Shown here: positions 24,488 to 36,961 of the stretch, piece after piece
How positions within the stretch are numbered: position 1 is the first letter of the stretch
How the letters are laid out: every line of letters starts with the position of its first letter
Source of the DNA: Squalus acanthias
Taxonomy: Eukaryota
Reading direction: 5' to 3'
NCBI GenBank assembly: GCA_030390025.1
Contig: CM059438.1
Location: 60,700,001-60,764,000, forward strand
DNA length: 64,000 nucleotides
Notes under the pieces: model-generated
What the model was told of the DNA's origin: nothing
The model's database searches: none
Seen by the model: only the letters and a program-made list of their open reading frames with translations
Made by a program: the position numbers and the translations under genes

Positions 24488-25785
24488 AAACAGTGACAGG
24501 ATCGGACAAAGTCAACATGGATTTACAAAAGGTAAATCATGCTTGACTAATCTACTGGAATTTTTTTGAGGATGTAACTGGTAAAATAGATAAGGGAGAA
24601 CCAGTGGATGTGGTGTATTTGGACTTTCAGAAGGCTTTCGATAAGGTCCCGCATAAGAGATTAGTGTGTAAAGTTAAGGCACATGGGATTGGGGGCAAGG
24701 TATTGTCTTGGATAGAGAACTGGTTGGCAGACAGGAAGCAAAGAGTTGGAATAAACGAGTCTTTTTCCGAGTGGCAGGCAGTGACTAGTGGGGTACCACA
24801 GGGATCGGTCCTAGGACCCCAGCTATTCACAATATATAATGATCTAGACGAGGGAATTGGATGTAATATCTCCAAGTTTGCAGACAACACAAAGCTGGGT
24901 GGGAGTGTGTGCCGTGAGGAGGATGCCGAGAAACTCCTGTATGATTTGGACAGGTTGGGTGATTGGGCAGAAGCATGGCAGATGCAATATAATGTGGATA
25001 AATGCGAGGTTATCCACTTTGGTGTCAAAAACAGGAAGGCAGATTATCTGAATGGCAATAGATTGGGAGAAGGGGAAGTGCAACGAGACCTGGGTGTCCT
25101 TGTGCACCAGTCGCTGAAGGTAAGCATGCAGGTGCAGCAGGCGGTTAAGAAGGCAAATGGTATGTTGGCCTTCATAGCGAAAGGGTTCGAGTACAGGAGC
25201 AAGGATGTCTTGCTGCAGTTGTACAGGGCCTTGGTGAGACCACACCTTGAGTATTGTGTGCAGTTTTGGTCGCCTTATCTGAGGAAGGATGTTCTTGCCA
25301 TGGAGGGAGTGCAGCGAAGATTCACCAGGCTGATACCTGGGATGGCAGGAATGACGTATGAGGAGAGATTGGGTCAATTGGGCTGATACTCGCTGGAGTT
25401 TAGAAGAATGAGAGGGGATCTCATTGAAACTTATAAAATTCTAACAGGACTAGACAGACTAGATGCAGGAAGGATGTTCCCGATGGCCGGGGTGTCCAGA
25501 ACCAGGGGTCACAGTCTAAGGACTGAGATGAGGAGGAATTTCTTCACCCAGAGTGTGGTGAACCTGTGGAATTCTCGACCACAGAAGGCAGTAGAGACCA
25601 ATTCATTAAATATATTCAAGAAGGAGTTAGATATATTTCTTAAAGCTAAAGGGATCAAGGGATATGGGGAGAAGGCAGGGACAGGGTACTGAATTTGGAT
25701 GATCAGCCATGATCGCATTGAATGGCGGAGCAGGCTCGAGGGGCCGAATGGCCTGCTCCTGCTCCTATCTTCTATGTTTCTATGT
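24488..25785 (+). mobile_element. Younger 5'-truncated CR1 LINE (RT to 3' tail)
   Basis: 260-aa [53 protein letters not shown]-type tail; 7-bp TSD AAGTGGA at 24481-24487 and 25786-25792. Confidence 0.92.
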
Positions 25786-25926
25786 AAGTGGATAAAAAAG
25801 CTAATGGAATACTGGGTTTTGTAGCAAGAGGTGTAGAATAGGAGAGATGTAATGGTGAATCTATATAAAATCTCAAGACCACAGTTGGAATACTGTGTGC
25901 AGTTTTGGGGTGCACACTATAGGAAG

Positions 25927-28070
25927 CAGACAGCAGGGAGACTCCTCTGTAATTACCGCAATTGGACTTGTCACCTTTCTTGAAGATGGTCACGATTATG
26001 GCGTCTGAGATCCCGACATGCTCTCCTTCCAAATAAGAGAAATGAGTTCATGCATTCGCGCCAATAGTGCTTCTCCGCCATGTTTTAGCGCCTCGGCGGG
26101 GATTCCATCTGCTCCTGAGGCCTTGTTGTTCTTCAGCTGTCGGATGGCCTTTTCAACCTCATGCCGGGCTGGGGTTGTGCTGAGATGGTGGCGGGTAGCA
26201 TGCTGCGGGATGGAGTTGAGGACACTCGTGTCGAAGGCAGAGTCTCTGTTAAGGAGATCTTCGAAGTGCTCCTTCCAGCGGGCACTGACTGCCTCATTGT
26301 CCTTGATGAGTACCTCACCGTTCTTGGTCCGCAGTGGGGTAGGACCTTGGGTGCTTGGGCCATAGGCGGTCTTGACTGCGCTAAAGAATACATGCACGTC
26401 GTGGTTGTCGGCTAGCTGCTGGATCTCCTGCACTTTCTCCACCCACCATCTGTTCTTTAGGTCGCGAGTTTTTTGTTGGACCTCAGCCTTCAGGCGTCTG
26501 TAGAGCTGATTTCTTGCTCTCGAGTTCTGTTGCTGTTTCCAGATCAGGAATGCCTTGCACTTGAGGTTTATTAGCTCCTGGATCTCCTGGTCATTGCAAG
26601 AATCCTCCTCAAATCGCCTTCTCCCAGTGGCTGAAAACTCCTCCCAGAGTCGCAATGCGGATTCCGACCAGTAAGGGGCACAATGGTCATGATCTTCACC
26701 GCGTGTCAACTACAAGAGAAATGCAGGGAACAGCACCAACTGCTGTACATGGTCTTCTTTCACCTCACAAAGGCCTTTGACACCATCAACCGTGAGGGAT
26801 TATGGAGCGTCCTCCTCAAATTCAGCTGCCCTCAAAAGTTTGTCATCCTCCGCCTGCTTCACGACGACATGCAAGCCGTGATCCTGACCAACGGATCCAC
26901 CACAGACCCAATTCACGTAGGGACCGGGGTCAAGCAAGGCTGTGTCATCTCTCCAACGCTCTTCTCAATCTTCCTGGCTGCAATGCTCCATCTCACCCTC
27001 AGTAAGCTCCCCGCTGGAGTGGAGCTAATCTACAGAACAAACGGGAAACTGTTCAACCTCCGTCACCTCCAGTTCAGATCCAAGGTCGTCCCATTAAAGT
27101 ATGCAGACGATGCTTGCATCTGCGCACACTGAGGCTGAACTCCAAACCATCGTCAACACCTTCACCGAAGCGTACGAGAGCATGGGCCTTACACTAAACA
27201 GCCGTAAGACAAAGGTCCTCTACCAACCTGCCCCAAAATCCATGATGAGGCCTTGGACAACGTAGACCACTTTCCATACCTCGGGAGCCTACTGTCAACA
27301 AGGGCAGACGTCGATGACGAAGTCCAACACCGCCTTCAGTGTGCCAGTGCAGCCTTCGGTCGCCTGAGGAAGAGAGTGTTTGAAGACCAGGACCTCAAAC
27401 CCAGCACCAAGCTCATGGTCTACAGAGCAGTAGTGATACCCGCCCTCCTGTATGCTTCAGAGACATGGACCATGTACAGCAGGCACCTCAAAGCACTAGA
27501 GAGGTACCACCAACGCTGCCTCCGCAAGATCCTGCAAATCCATTGGCAGGATAGGCACACCAACGTCAGTGTTCTTGCTCAGGCCAACATCCCCAGCATC
27601 GAAGCTTTGACCACGCTCGATCAGCTCCAATGGACGGGCCACATCGTCCGCATGCCCGATACGTGACTCCCAAAACAAGCGCTCTACTAGGAGCTCCGAC
27701 ACGGCAAGAGAGCTCCAGGTGGGCTGAGGAAACGCTTCAAGGACACCCTCAAAGCCTCCTTGAAAAAGTGCAACATCCCCACCGACACCTGGGAATCCCT
27801 GGCCCAAGACCGCACAAAGTGGAGGAGAAGCATCTGGGAAGGCGCCGAACACCGAGTCTCTTCGCCGGGTGCAGGCGGAAGCCAAGCGCAAACAGCGGAA
27901 GGAGCACACGTCAACCCAAGCACCCCACCCACCCCACCCGTCCCTTCAACCACCGTCTGCCCCACCTGTGACAGAGACTGCATTGGACTCATCAGTCACC
28001 TGAGAACTCATTTTTAGTGTAGAAGCCAGTCATCCTCGGTTCCGAGGGACTGCCTAAGAAGACGACGACG
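25927..28070 (+). mobile_element. RTE-clade LINE with an inverted 5' segment (25927-26595 minus; 26590-28070 plus)
   Basis: KASGADGIPAE and NYRGVSLLSA (minus); QLQEKCREQ, GVKQGCV, YADDA, ALLYASETW (plus); GAA/GAC tail; 11-bp TSD ACTATAGGAAG at 25916-25926 and 28071-28081. Confidence 0.9.
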
Positions 28071-29201
28071 ACTATAGGAAGGACGTTGAGGCAAGAGAGG
28101 GTGTTCACTAGGATACTACCTGGCATAAGGAAATACGCATTTAAAATTATGATGGGATTGGACAGAATAGATAGAACAGGCTGTTTCTAGCGGTTGAAGG
28201 GTCTGGAACAAGGGGACATAGGTAAGATTAAATATAATTGATTTATGACAGAGCAGGAGAAACCTTTTTTTTTTAAATAAAAAGAGGGTCGTGAGGCTGT
28301 GGAATGCACTAGCGGAGTTAGTAATTGAAGCAGAGACCACTTAAGAATAAGTCAGATAAGTGATTGAAGAGGAATGAGGGGACATGGGAACAGGGCAGGC
28401 ACATGGGATTAGGGCTACTGCTCATGGGGAGGATAAACGCCAACACAGACTATGTAATTCTATACAATTGACCTTGGAAAGATCCTTGTGCTGTGAATGA
28501 CGCTGTCTTCCGCACACCAAAGCCAACGATCCACATCCCTCAGTGGGTTCCTGGTCTCTATAAAGACACTGTTGCATTTTCCACATCTCTGACACCCATC
28601 AGCCTCTGTTTTGGCAAAGGTCACTGAATAACTAACATCTCACCGGTGCTTTCAATTTAATCAGCAGCCTGTTATGTTTTTGCCTCCCTCAGTCTGTCCG
28701 GCTAAGACTGAAGAAATGTTTCAGGCGCTTCCTGTAGCAGCTGCTCAGAGTCAGCACACGTTCCGCTGACTCGGATTACTGGCACTTCAATGCAAACACT
28801 TAAATTTTAAACAGTTTTAGTAAGCTGAACAATGATTATAGTAACCAGGTGGAAACGCTCTTCATTCAGAGGAGAAATAGTGACTGGAACTGTGAGCAAA
28901 GTATCCACTGCAACTGCCTGCAATATGAACTATTCACCTCCCCTGACTCACTATGCGTCAAGTCCCTCACCTTAATGATGAGGAGGATCCAACTTTACAC
29001 GTAATGGTGCCTGAACTGAGCATTTGAGTGTAGTAACGTTCCACACAGACTCTCTTCCACACCCCACTCCCAACCAAACTCAGCTTCCTCCATTCACCGA
29101 GAACCCCCACATGGAATTCCAAACCCCACCAACTTGCTGTTTCAGCCAAGGGACAGATTTACTGCAGACCCCGAGACATTGGGATAGGAGAGAGTCCTTA
29201 C

Positions 29202-29321
29202 CATCATCATCATCCCACCAGAGTTGTGGTCATGCCCCGGTGCAGACGTCGGGTGGTGGTGAGGGGGGCCGCCGGAGGCCATTGGCATAGCGCCATGTTG
29301 GTCACCCATTGTCATATTCAT
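29202..29321 (-). CDS. SLC31A1: CTR1 first coding exon (40 aa Met/His-rich ectodomain); the exon extends 5' to an acceptor at 29363
   Basis: MNMTMGDQHGAMPMASGGPPHHHPTSAPGHDHNSGGMMMM; donor ATG|gtaagg; acceptor cttctattttcag|GC; four exons total 564 nt = 187 aa + stop. Confidence 0.93.
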
Positions 29322-29627
29322 CGCAATGGTGGAGAAAATTAGTCCGACACTCTCCGTGAATGCCTGAAAATAGAAGCACACGTTATTAGGTCGCTCTACC
29401 TGGCCGTAATGCACACTCCAAATTTGCCCCTAACAAATTTTTCTTTTCTTTCGAACAGAGGGAAATGCTGCAGATTGGCTGCAGGGACAGGCTACACCTG
29501 GTGATGGTATGGAACAAAATCAGGATTTTAAAAAGTTAATCACGTGGTTGCAACAGCTTCAATATAAATCTACAGAAATTATGCTACTGTTTTACAATGC
29601 ACTGGTCAGGCCACACCTCGAGTACTG

Positions 29628-30175
29628 TGTTTGTCTTCGGTTCCCGCCATAAACTCCATTCCCGAGCCACTGACTCCATCCCTCTCCCAAGCATCTATCT
29701 GAGGCTGAACCACACTCTTCGCAATTTTGGTGTCATATTTGACCCTGAAATGAGCTTCCGACCACATATCCACGTCTTAACTAAAACCGTCTATTTCTAC
29801 CTCCGTAACGTCGCCCGTCTCCGCCCCGCCTCACCTCACCTCATCTCATCTGCTGCTGAAACCCTCATCCATGCCTTTGTAACCTCTAGACTTGACTATT
29901 CCAACGCACTCCTGGCTGGCCTCCCACATTCCACCCTATGTAAACTTGAGGTCATCCAAAACTCGGCTGCCCGTGTCCTAACTCGCACCAAGTCCCGTTT
30001 GCCCATCACCCCTGTGCTCGCTGACCTACACTGGCTCCCGGTCCGACAACGCCTTGATTTAAAAATTATCATTCTTGTTTTCAAATCCCTCTGTGGCCTC
30101 GCCCCTTCCCTATCTCGAATCACCTCCAGCCCCACAACCCCGAGGTATCTGCGCTCCTCTAATTCTGGCCTCTTG
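29628..30175 (+). mobile_element. L2-clade LINE fragment
   Basis: LIHAFVTSRLDYSNALLAGLP..IQNSAARVL..LHWLPV. Confidence 0.9.
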
Positions 30176-30315
30176 TTGATTGTTGATTTATGCTGTTAAA
30201 ATTCAGCCTGTATTGTAGCTTGGAGCAGATAGCATTGTGGAGAGGCAGGAGCTGGAGAAAGAGGCTTCCTGCAGACGCAGCCCCAGGGCGAGGAAGCGGT
30301 TTCAATTCACAACAT

Positions 30316-30948
30316 CGAAATAACAACAGAAAACGCTGGAAAAACTCAGCAGGCCAGGCAGCATCCGTGGAGAGAGAAAGAGAGTTGACGTTTCAGGTCG
30401 ATGACCTTTCATCAGAACTGGGAAGAGCTGGAAATCAAATAGATTTAAGGCCAGGGTAAAGCTGGGAAAAGGGGGAGGGGATAAAGGAACAAAGGAGGAG
30501 ATGAAGAGACATTAAGAGACATTAAGAGATATGCAAGGCTAGAGGTGGTGTTAATGTGACAGATTAAGGCTGAATGAAGTGTGAAATCTACTGGCAGAAT
30601 GAAGGACAGCTGCCAGCTTCTAGGAGGAAAAAAAAGGTGGGGGGGACAAATAAAAGGGTGGATAAAATAAAATATAAATGTGATTGGAGCTGAGGTTATG
30701 ATCTAAAATTGTTGAACTCGATATTGAGTCCAGAGGGCTGTAGCGTGCCTAAACGAAAGATGAGGTGCTGTTCCTCGAGCTTACGCTGAGCTTCCGTGGA
30801 ACAGTGTATTAGGCCGAGGACGGTGAGGTCAGAGTGGGAGTGAAGCGGTGAATTAAAGTGACAGGCCACCGGGAGCTCGGGGTCCCCCTTACGGACTGAA
30901 CGGAGGTGTTCCGCAAAGCGGTCACCCAATCTGCGTTTGGTCTCCCCA
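30316..30948 (-). mobile_element. Penelope-like 3' fragment (GIY-YIG C-terminus + 3' end)
   Basis: GETKRRLGDRFAEH..EQHLIFRLGTLQPSGLNIEF; 13-bp TSD CAATTCACAACAT at 30303-30315 and 30949-30961. Confidence 0.9.
30383..30419 (-). ncRNA. Minimal type-I hammerhead ribozyme motif with intact core and GUC cleavage triplet
   Basis: AGTT-CTGATGA-A-AGGTC-ATC-GACCT-GAAAC-GTC-AACT: stem I AGUU/AACU, 5-bp stem II, loopless palindromic ACGU stem III. Confidence 0.8.
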
Positions 30949-31957
30949 CAATTCACAACATGTTCCATTCACATTTACATCACATCGACATACATGGTAA
31001 TTTAATCACAAGACTTACAGCCTCAGGAGGCAGTAAGCGTCACTCACTGCCCCAGGGTCTTAAAAAGTATGAACCTTATCCCAGGTCTCGGGGCATCTGT
31101 AGATTTACTGCTGCTCAGTCTCACTGATCCACACTATTTCCTTCATTGGAAGTAAGAACCCCTTTCCCCACAGACAACGCTGACTTGGTTAACTTTACAA
31201 ACTTTTCACTCCATTTGCTGTCCGTTTTCGAATCTTTTCAATCGATTTGTATGAAAATTAATATATACCAGTGGAGAGACTTTGATGACTTAGAGATAAG
31301 ATTTTTATTCCACGAGGTTTATTTGGAGATTGGGCAGCGGATGTGCGATTTATTTTATACCCTTCACATTAGCAGCCTCATTCCTCACGGAACTAACTAA
31401 GACAAAGAGCTCCTGAACCCACGTTTTAATATTTCACACTGCAAAATGTGCCTGAGATTTAGGTACACATTATGTGGATAGTAATGCTATAATTTTATAT
31501 ATAATACACACGCCAACCAACTCTGCAACTCACCTCAAACAGTCTCCCACAAACTAGCGACTCCACAAAGGGACAACCCCCACTCCGATTTTCTGGCTGG
31601 AGTTAAGAGCAGAAGATAATCTCTTAATCTGATTCCAAATTAATTTTCTATTCTAATTGGCAATGATTCACCCGCTCGGCCAGACAAGAAGAGCCTCCGG
31701 GTCTCGGTGCTCCACCTGACATTTGAAGTTAAATCAGGTTTCAGGAGTTACTGGAGCACAAATCGAGTTTAGAGCAATGTGATGATCAGAGCAATCCGTT
31801 TACACTCGTGACTGATTTGATTGTGGCACCGGCCATCCAATGCAGACACAGGCAGTAAACACTATTGTTTTCTGGCAACACATAATTACCGGAAATAAAA
31901 ACAGAAAGTGCTGGAAACACTCGGCAGGTCAGGCAGCATCCTTAGAGAAAGAAACAG

Positions 31958-31994
31958 AGTTAACGTTTCAGGTCGATGACCTTTCATCAGAACC
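31958..31994 (-). ncRNA. Minimal hammerhead ribozyme motif with intact core and GUU triplet
   Basis: GGTT-CTGATGA-A-AGGTC-ATC-GACCT-GAAAC-GTT-AACT. Confidence 0.75.
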
Positions 31995-32211
31995 GGATAA
32001 AGTTAGAGATATAACGGGTTTTAAGCAAGTACAGAGGCAGGGAAAGGGGGGAGGGGAGGAAAGAACAAAAGGGAAGGTCTGATAGAGTGGAAGGCAGGCG
32101 GGAGAAGAGATTAAATGACAAAAGGGATGATGGTGCAAGGCAAAAGGAGATGGTAATGGAACAAGTAAAGAAACAAAAGATGAATCTAAAAGGAGATGCA
32201 AATAGGAATAG

Positions 32212-35152
32212 AACATAAGAAATAGGAGCAGGAGTAGGCCATTTGGCCCTTCGAGTCTTTCGGGCCATTCAATAAGATCATGGCTGATGATCTATCTCAT
32301 CTCCACTTTCCTGAACTATCCCCATATCCCTGGATTCCCTTACTATCCAAAAATCTATCGATCTCTGTCTTGAATATACTCAAAAGACTGAGCCTCCACA
32401 GCCCTCTGGGGTAGAGAATTCCAAAGATTCACCACCCTCCGAGTGAAGAAATTTCTCATCACGAATTTTTTTTAAAAAGGACTGTTTATGGGATGTGGGC
32501 GTCGCTGGCAAGGCCAGCATTTATTGCCCATTCCTAACTGCCCTCAAGAAGGTGGTGGTGAGCCGCCTTCTTGAACCGCTGTAGTCCGTGTGGTGAAGGT
32601 ACTCCCGCAGTGCTGTTAGGGAGGGAGTTCTAGGATTTTGACCCAGCGACGACGAAGGATCGGCGATATATTTCCAAGTCAGGATGGTGTGCGACTTGGA
32701 GGGGAACTTGGAGGTGGTGGTGTTCCCATGCGCCTGCTGCCCTTGTCCTTCTAGGTGGAAGAGGTCGCGGGTTTGGGAGGTACTGCCGAAGAAGCCTTGG
32801 CGAGTTGCTGCAGTGCAGCTTGTAGATGGTACACACTGCAGCCACAGTACGCCAGTGGTGGAGGGAGTGAATGTTTCAGGTGGTGGATGGGGTGCCAATC
32901 AAGCAGGCTGCTTTGTCCTGGATGGTGTTAAACTTCTTGAGTGTTGTTGGAGCTGCACTCATCCAGGCAAGTGGAGAGTATTCCATCATACTCCTTACTT
33001 GTACCTTATAGATGGTGGAAAGGCTTTGGGGAGTCAGGAGGTGAGACACTCGCTGCAGAATACCTGGCCTCTGACCTGCTCTTGTTGCCACAGTATTTAT
33101 GTGGCTGGTCCAGTTAAGTTTCTAGTCAATGGTGACCCCCCAGGATGTTGTTGGTGGGGGATTCGGCGATGGTAATGCCGTTGAATCTCAATGGTGGTTA
33201 GACTCTCGATTGTTGGAGATAGTCATTGCCTGGCACTTCTGTGGCGCGAATGTTACCTGCCACTTATCAGCCCAAGCCTGAACGTCATCCAGGTCTTGTT
33301 GCATGCGGGCATGGACTGCTTCATTATCTGAGGAGTGGTGAATGGCACTGAACATTGTGCAGTCATCAGCGAACATCCCCATTTCTGACCTTATGTTGGA
33401 GGGAAGGTCATTGATGAAGCAGCTGAAGATGGTTGGGCCTGGGACACTGCCCTGAGGAACTCCTGCAGCGATGTCCTGGGGCTGTGATGATTGACCTTCA
33501 ACCACCACAACCATCTTCCTTTGTGCTAGGCATGACTCCAGCCAGTGGAGAGTTTTTCCCCCCCCGATTCCCACTGACTTCAGTTTTACTCGGGCTCCTC
33601 GATGCCACACTCAGTCAAATGCTGCCTTGATGTCAAGGTCAGTCACTCTCACCTCACCTCTGGAATTCAGCTCCTTTGTCCATGTTTGGACCAAAGCTGC
33701 AGTGAGGTCGGGAGCAGAGTGGTCTTGGCGGAATCCAAACTGGGCATGAGAGAGCAGGTTATCGGTAAGTGCCGCGTGGTAGCACTGTTGATGATACCTT
33801 CCATCACTTTGCTGATGATTGAGAGTAGACTGATGGGGCAGTAATTGGCCAGGTTGAATTTGTCCTGCTTTTTGTGGACAGGACATACCTGGGCAGTTTT
33901 CCACAGTGTCGGATAGATGCCAGTGTTACAGCTGTACTGGAACAGCTTGGCTAGAGGTGCGGCTAGTTCTGGAGCACAAGTCTTCAGCATAATATCCGGG
34001 ATGTTGTCGGGGCCCATAGCCTTTGCTGTATCCAGTGCGCTCAGCCGTTTCTTGATATCACATGGAGTGAATCGAAATGGCTGAAGACTGGCTTCTGTGA
34101 TGGTGGGGACCTCAGGAGTAGACCGATATGGATCATCCACTCGGCACTTCTGGCTGAAGATGGTTGCAAACGCTTCAGCCTTGTCTTTTGCATTCACGTG
34201 CTGGGCTCCACCATCATTGGGAATGGGGATATTCATGGAGCCTCCTCATCTCGTTAGTTGTTTAATGGTCCACCACCATTCACGACTGGATGTGGCAGGA
34301 CTGCAGAGCTTTGATCTGATCCGTTGATTGTGGGATCGTTTAGCCCTGTCTATAGTATGCTGCTTCTGCTTTTTAGCATGCATGTAGTCATGTGTTGCAG
34401 CTTCCCCAGGTTGGCACCTCATTTTTAGGTACACCTGGTGCTGCTCCTGGCATGCTCGTCTACACTCCTTATTGAACCAGGGTTGGTCCCCTGGCTTGAT
34501 GGTAATGGTAGAGTGAGGGATATGCCGGGCCATGAGGTTACAGATTGTGGTGGAATACAATTCTGCTGCTGCTGATGGCCCACAGCGTCTCATGGATGCC
34601 CAGTTTTGAGTTGCTAGATCTGTTCTGAATCTATCCCATTTAGCACGGTGGTAGTTCCACACAACACGATGGAGGGTGTCCTCAATATGAAGACGGGACT
34701 TCGTCTCCACAATGACTGTGCGGTGGTCACTGCTACCAATACTGTCATGGACAGATGCATCTGCGACAGGTAGTTTGGTGAGGACGAGGTCAAGAGCCTA
34801 AATGGCCTACCCTTTATTCTGAGACTGTGACCTCTGGTTCTGACTCCCCAGCCAGGGGAAACATCCTCCCTGCATCTACCCTGTCGAGCCCTGTAAGAAT
34901 TTTGTATGTTTCAATGAGATCACCTCTCATTCTTCTAAACTCTAAAGAATATAGGCCTAGTCTACCCAATCTTCTGTCCTCATAGGACAATCCCCCCATC
35001 CCAGGAACCAGCCCGGTGAACCTTTGTTGCACTCCCTCTACGGCAAGTATATCTTTCCTTAGGTAAGGAGACCAAAACTGTACACAATACTCCAGGTGTG
35101 GTCTCACCAGGGCCCTATTTAATTGCAGTAAGACGTCTTTACTCTTATACTC
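32212..35152 (-). mobile_element. CR1 3' end in two pieces (32212-32461, ~34795-35152)
   Basis: [30 protein letters not shown] and CR1 tail; the pieces join across the inner element. Confidence 0.85.
32462..34794 (-). mobile_element. Second CR1-type LINE family, 3' 2.3 kb, frameshifted
   Basis: KPGDQPWFN, KAMGPDNIP, NYCPISLLS, DIKAAFD, GVPQGSVPGP, MFADDCT, ADKWQVTF. Confidence 0.85.
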
Positions 35153-36961
35153 AATAGCAGAATCATCAACACCTGCTGTCCAAAAAAATAGGACAGTGGT
35201 TATGATCTAAAATTGTTAAAATCAATGTGGAGTCCAGAAGGCTGTAAAGTGCCTAATCGAAAGAGGAGGTACTGTTCCTCGAGCTTAAGTTGAGTTTCAT
35301 TGGAACAGTGCAAGAGGCCGAGGACTGAAGGTTTCCCTGAAGGTTGGGTCGTTTACACCAGTGCCATCCAATAGAAATAGCTGACTGGCCGCAGGTATAG
35401 TGATGGCAACACCATTTTAATCACATGCACTAATGTTAGTAGAAAACACCTTACATACACTCTCAATACGGGTAAAAGTGTTTAATGTGTATATTTACTG
35501 AACATCTATCACCATTCAGTAAGGAAGTAAGACACACAACGATCAAAAAACATTTGAACTTTTGAAACAGCTCCCCAGTGGCTGAGGTTTAATGCATTGC
35601 CAAGCATAGCCACAGAAACACAGGCCAGATAAAAGTCCCGGGTTCAAACCGCAGTCTAAGCGGTCAGCTTACTTCAGTGCGGATGGATCTAAAGTTGGCC
35701 TCGACATCCTTGCACTTTGGGCGTCAGGGGAGTAACAGAGAAAATCATCAGTCCAGGGACACCTGCTGAAAGGAGCATAATCTTGGACATCATGTGAGGA
35801 CAGCCTAAAGTGCAGCTACCTTGGAAACAGCTGTAGGTTCAGATGCTGTGAGCAGTCAGAGGAATTGTTGCAGCAGAACTTGTGGGTTGAAAGTTACTGG
35901 ACCTGTGTTCACCGAGTCTGAACATTGTGGACAGAAAAAAAATCATTCATTTTTCTTCTTTATCAGTTTAGAGATGACTTTCTTGCTCTTTTTCCATTTT
36001 TTGAACCTTTCCCCTCTCACTCCCTTTGACCAACAGAACCTCCTGTTTTTCCAGTAACCCCACATTTATTGCCATGTAACACAGTAACTACTGTCGACTT
36101 ATCTACTGACCGCAACCTACAAGGCTCAGGACCAAGAGCTGGAAAGTGGGATTAGGCTGGATAGCTCTTTTTCAGCCAGCACAGGCACGATGGGCCGAAT
36201 GGCCTCCTTCTGTGTCACAAACTTCTATGATGCTCACACATGGAGGAGCAGTGCACAGATTTGGAGAAAGTAAATCACCAATGCTCCGTATACAGGTCCA
36301 CGGTGCTTGTGATAAGAGTATTTCCACAAATTGGTTACCATGCGAAAATATTCTTACGAATATAAACAGTCCTGCAGTAACTCATGGTGAAATGTTATAT
36401 TCTTGTCGTACCCACTTTTGCCACACAATGGTACCAAATAGCACAATCCAATTAAGACAGACAAAAATAAGACTTGCATTTAGATAGCACCTTATACAAC
36501 CTCAGGACATCTCAGCGCTTTACAGCCAATGATGTGCATCAAGAGGCTAATACTGGATATGAAAAAAATAGATGGCATGGAAGATTATGGCAGTGCTTAG
36601 TGGTAGTATAACAGCAACAAGATTTTGAAAGAGAAGTTCAGTCCCAAGCTTCCCAGATGACTTAGCAGATAAATGCACCACATGCTATGGTACCAAGTCC
36701 TACAGACCAGAAGGTCTTGTATCTGTGCTGAGTTAATTGAACTCAAATAGAGCAACAGCTGAGGTTGTACAATTCACCTCAGCACACCTAAAGTGAGGAA
36801 GAGGAAAAAGCAGCCCGGGTACCTGCTCCTGATCATTGTGCAGTGACCCGTGCTGGACGTGTGCCTATGTTTATACACAAGTACAGGGACATATCAGGCT
36901 CAGCCGTGATTCTCTCCCCTCAGACCCTTTTGTCCAGGGTTACGTGTAAAGGACGGGCACT

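Larger units (their letters stand above)
24240..28465 (+). mobile_element. Old CR1 remnant in three pieces (24240-24487, 25786-25926, 28071-28465) hosting two younger insertions
   Basis: Degenerate [25 protein letters not shown] and a CR1 tail read contiguously once the inserts are removed. Confidence 0.7.
31890..35330 (-). mobile_element. Penelope-like 3' fragment in two pieces (31890-32211, 35153-35330), split by CR1 insertions
   Basis: Both pieces match the reverse complement of ~1750-2228; AATAG duplicated at 32207-32211 and 35153-35157. Confidence 0.8.

Noticed and set aside
24604..25386. Host or domesticated RT gene from the 260-aa ORF
   Set aside because: Ordinary truncated CR1 copy with stops on both sides, a CR1 tail and a TSD
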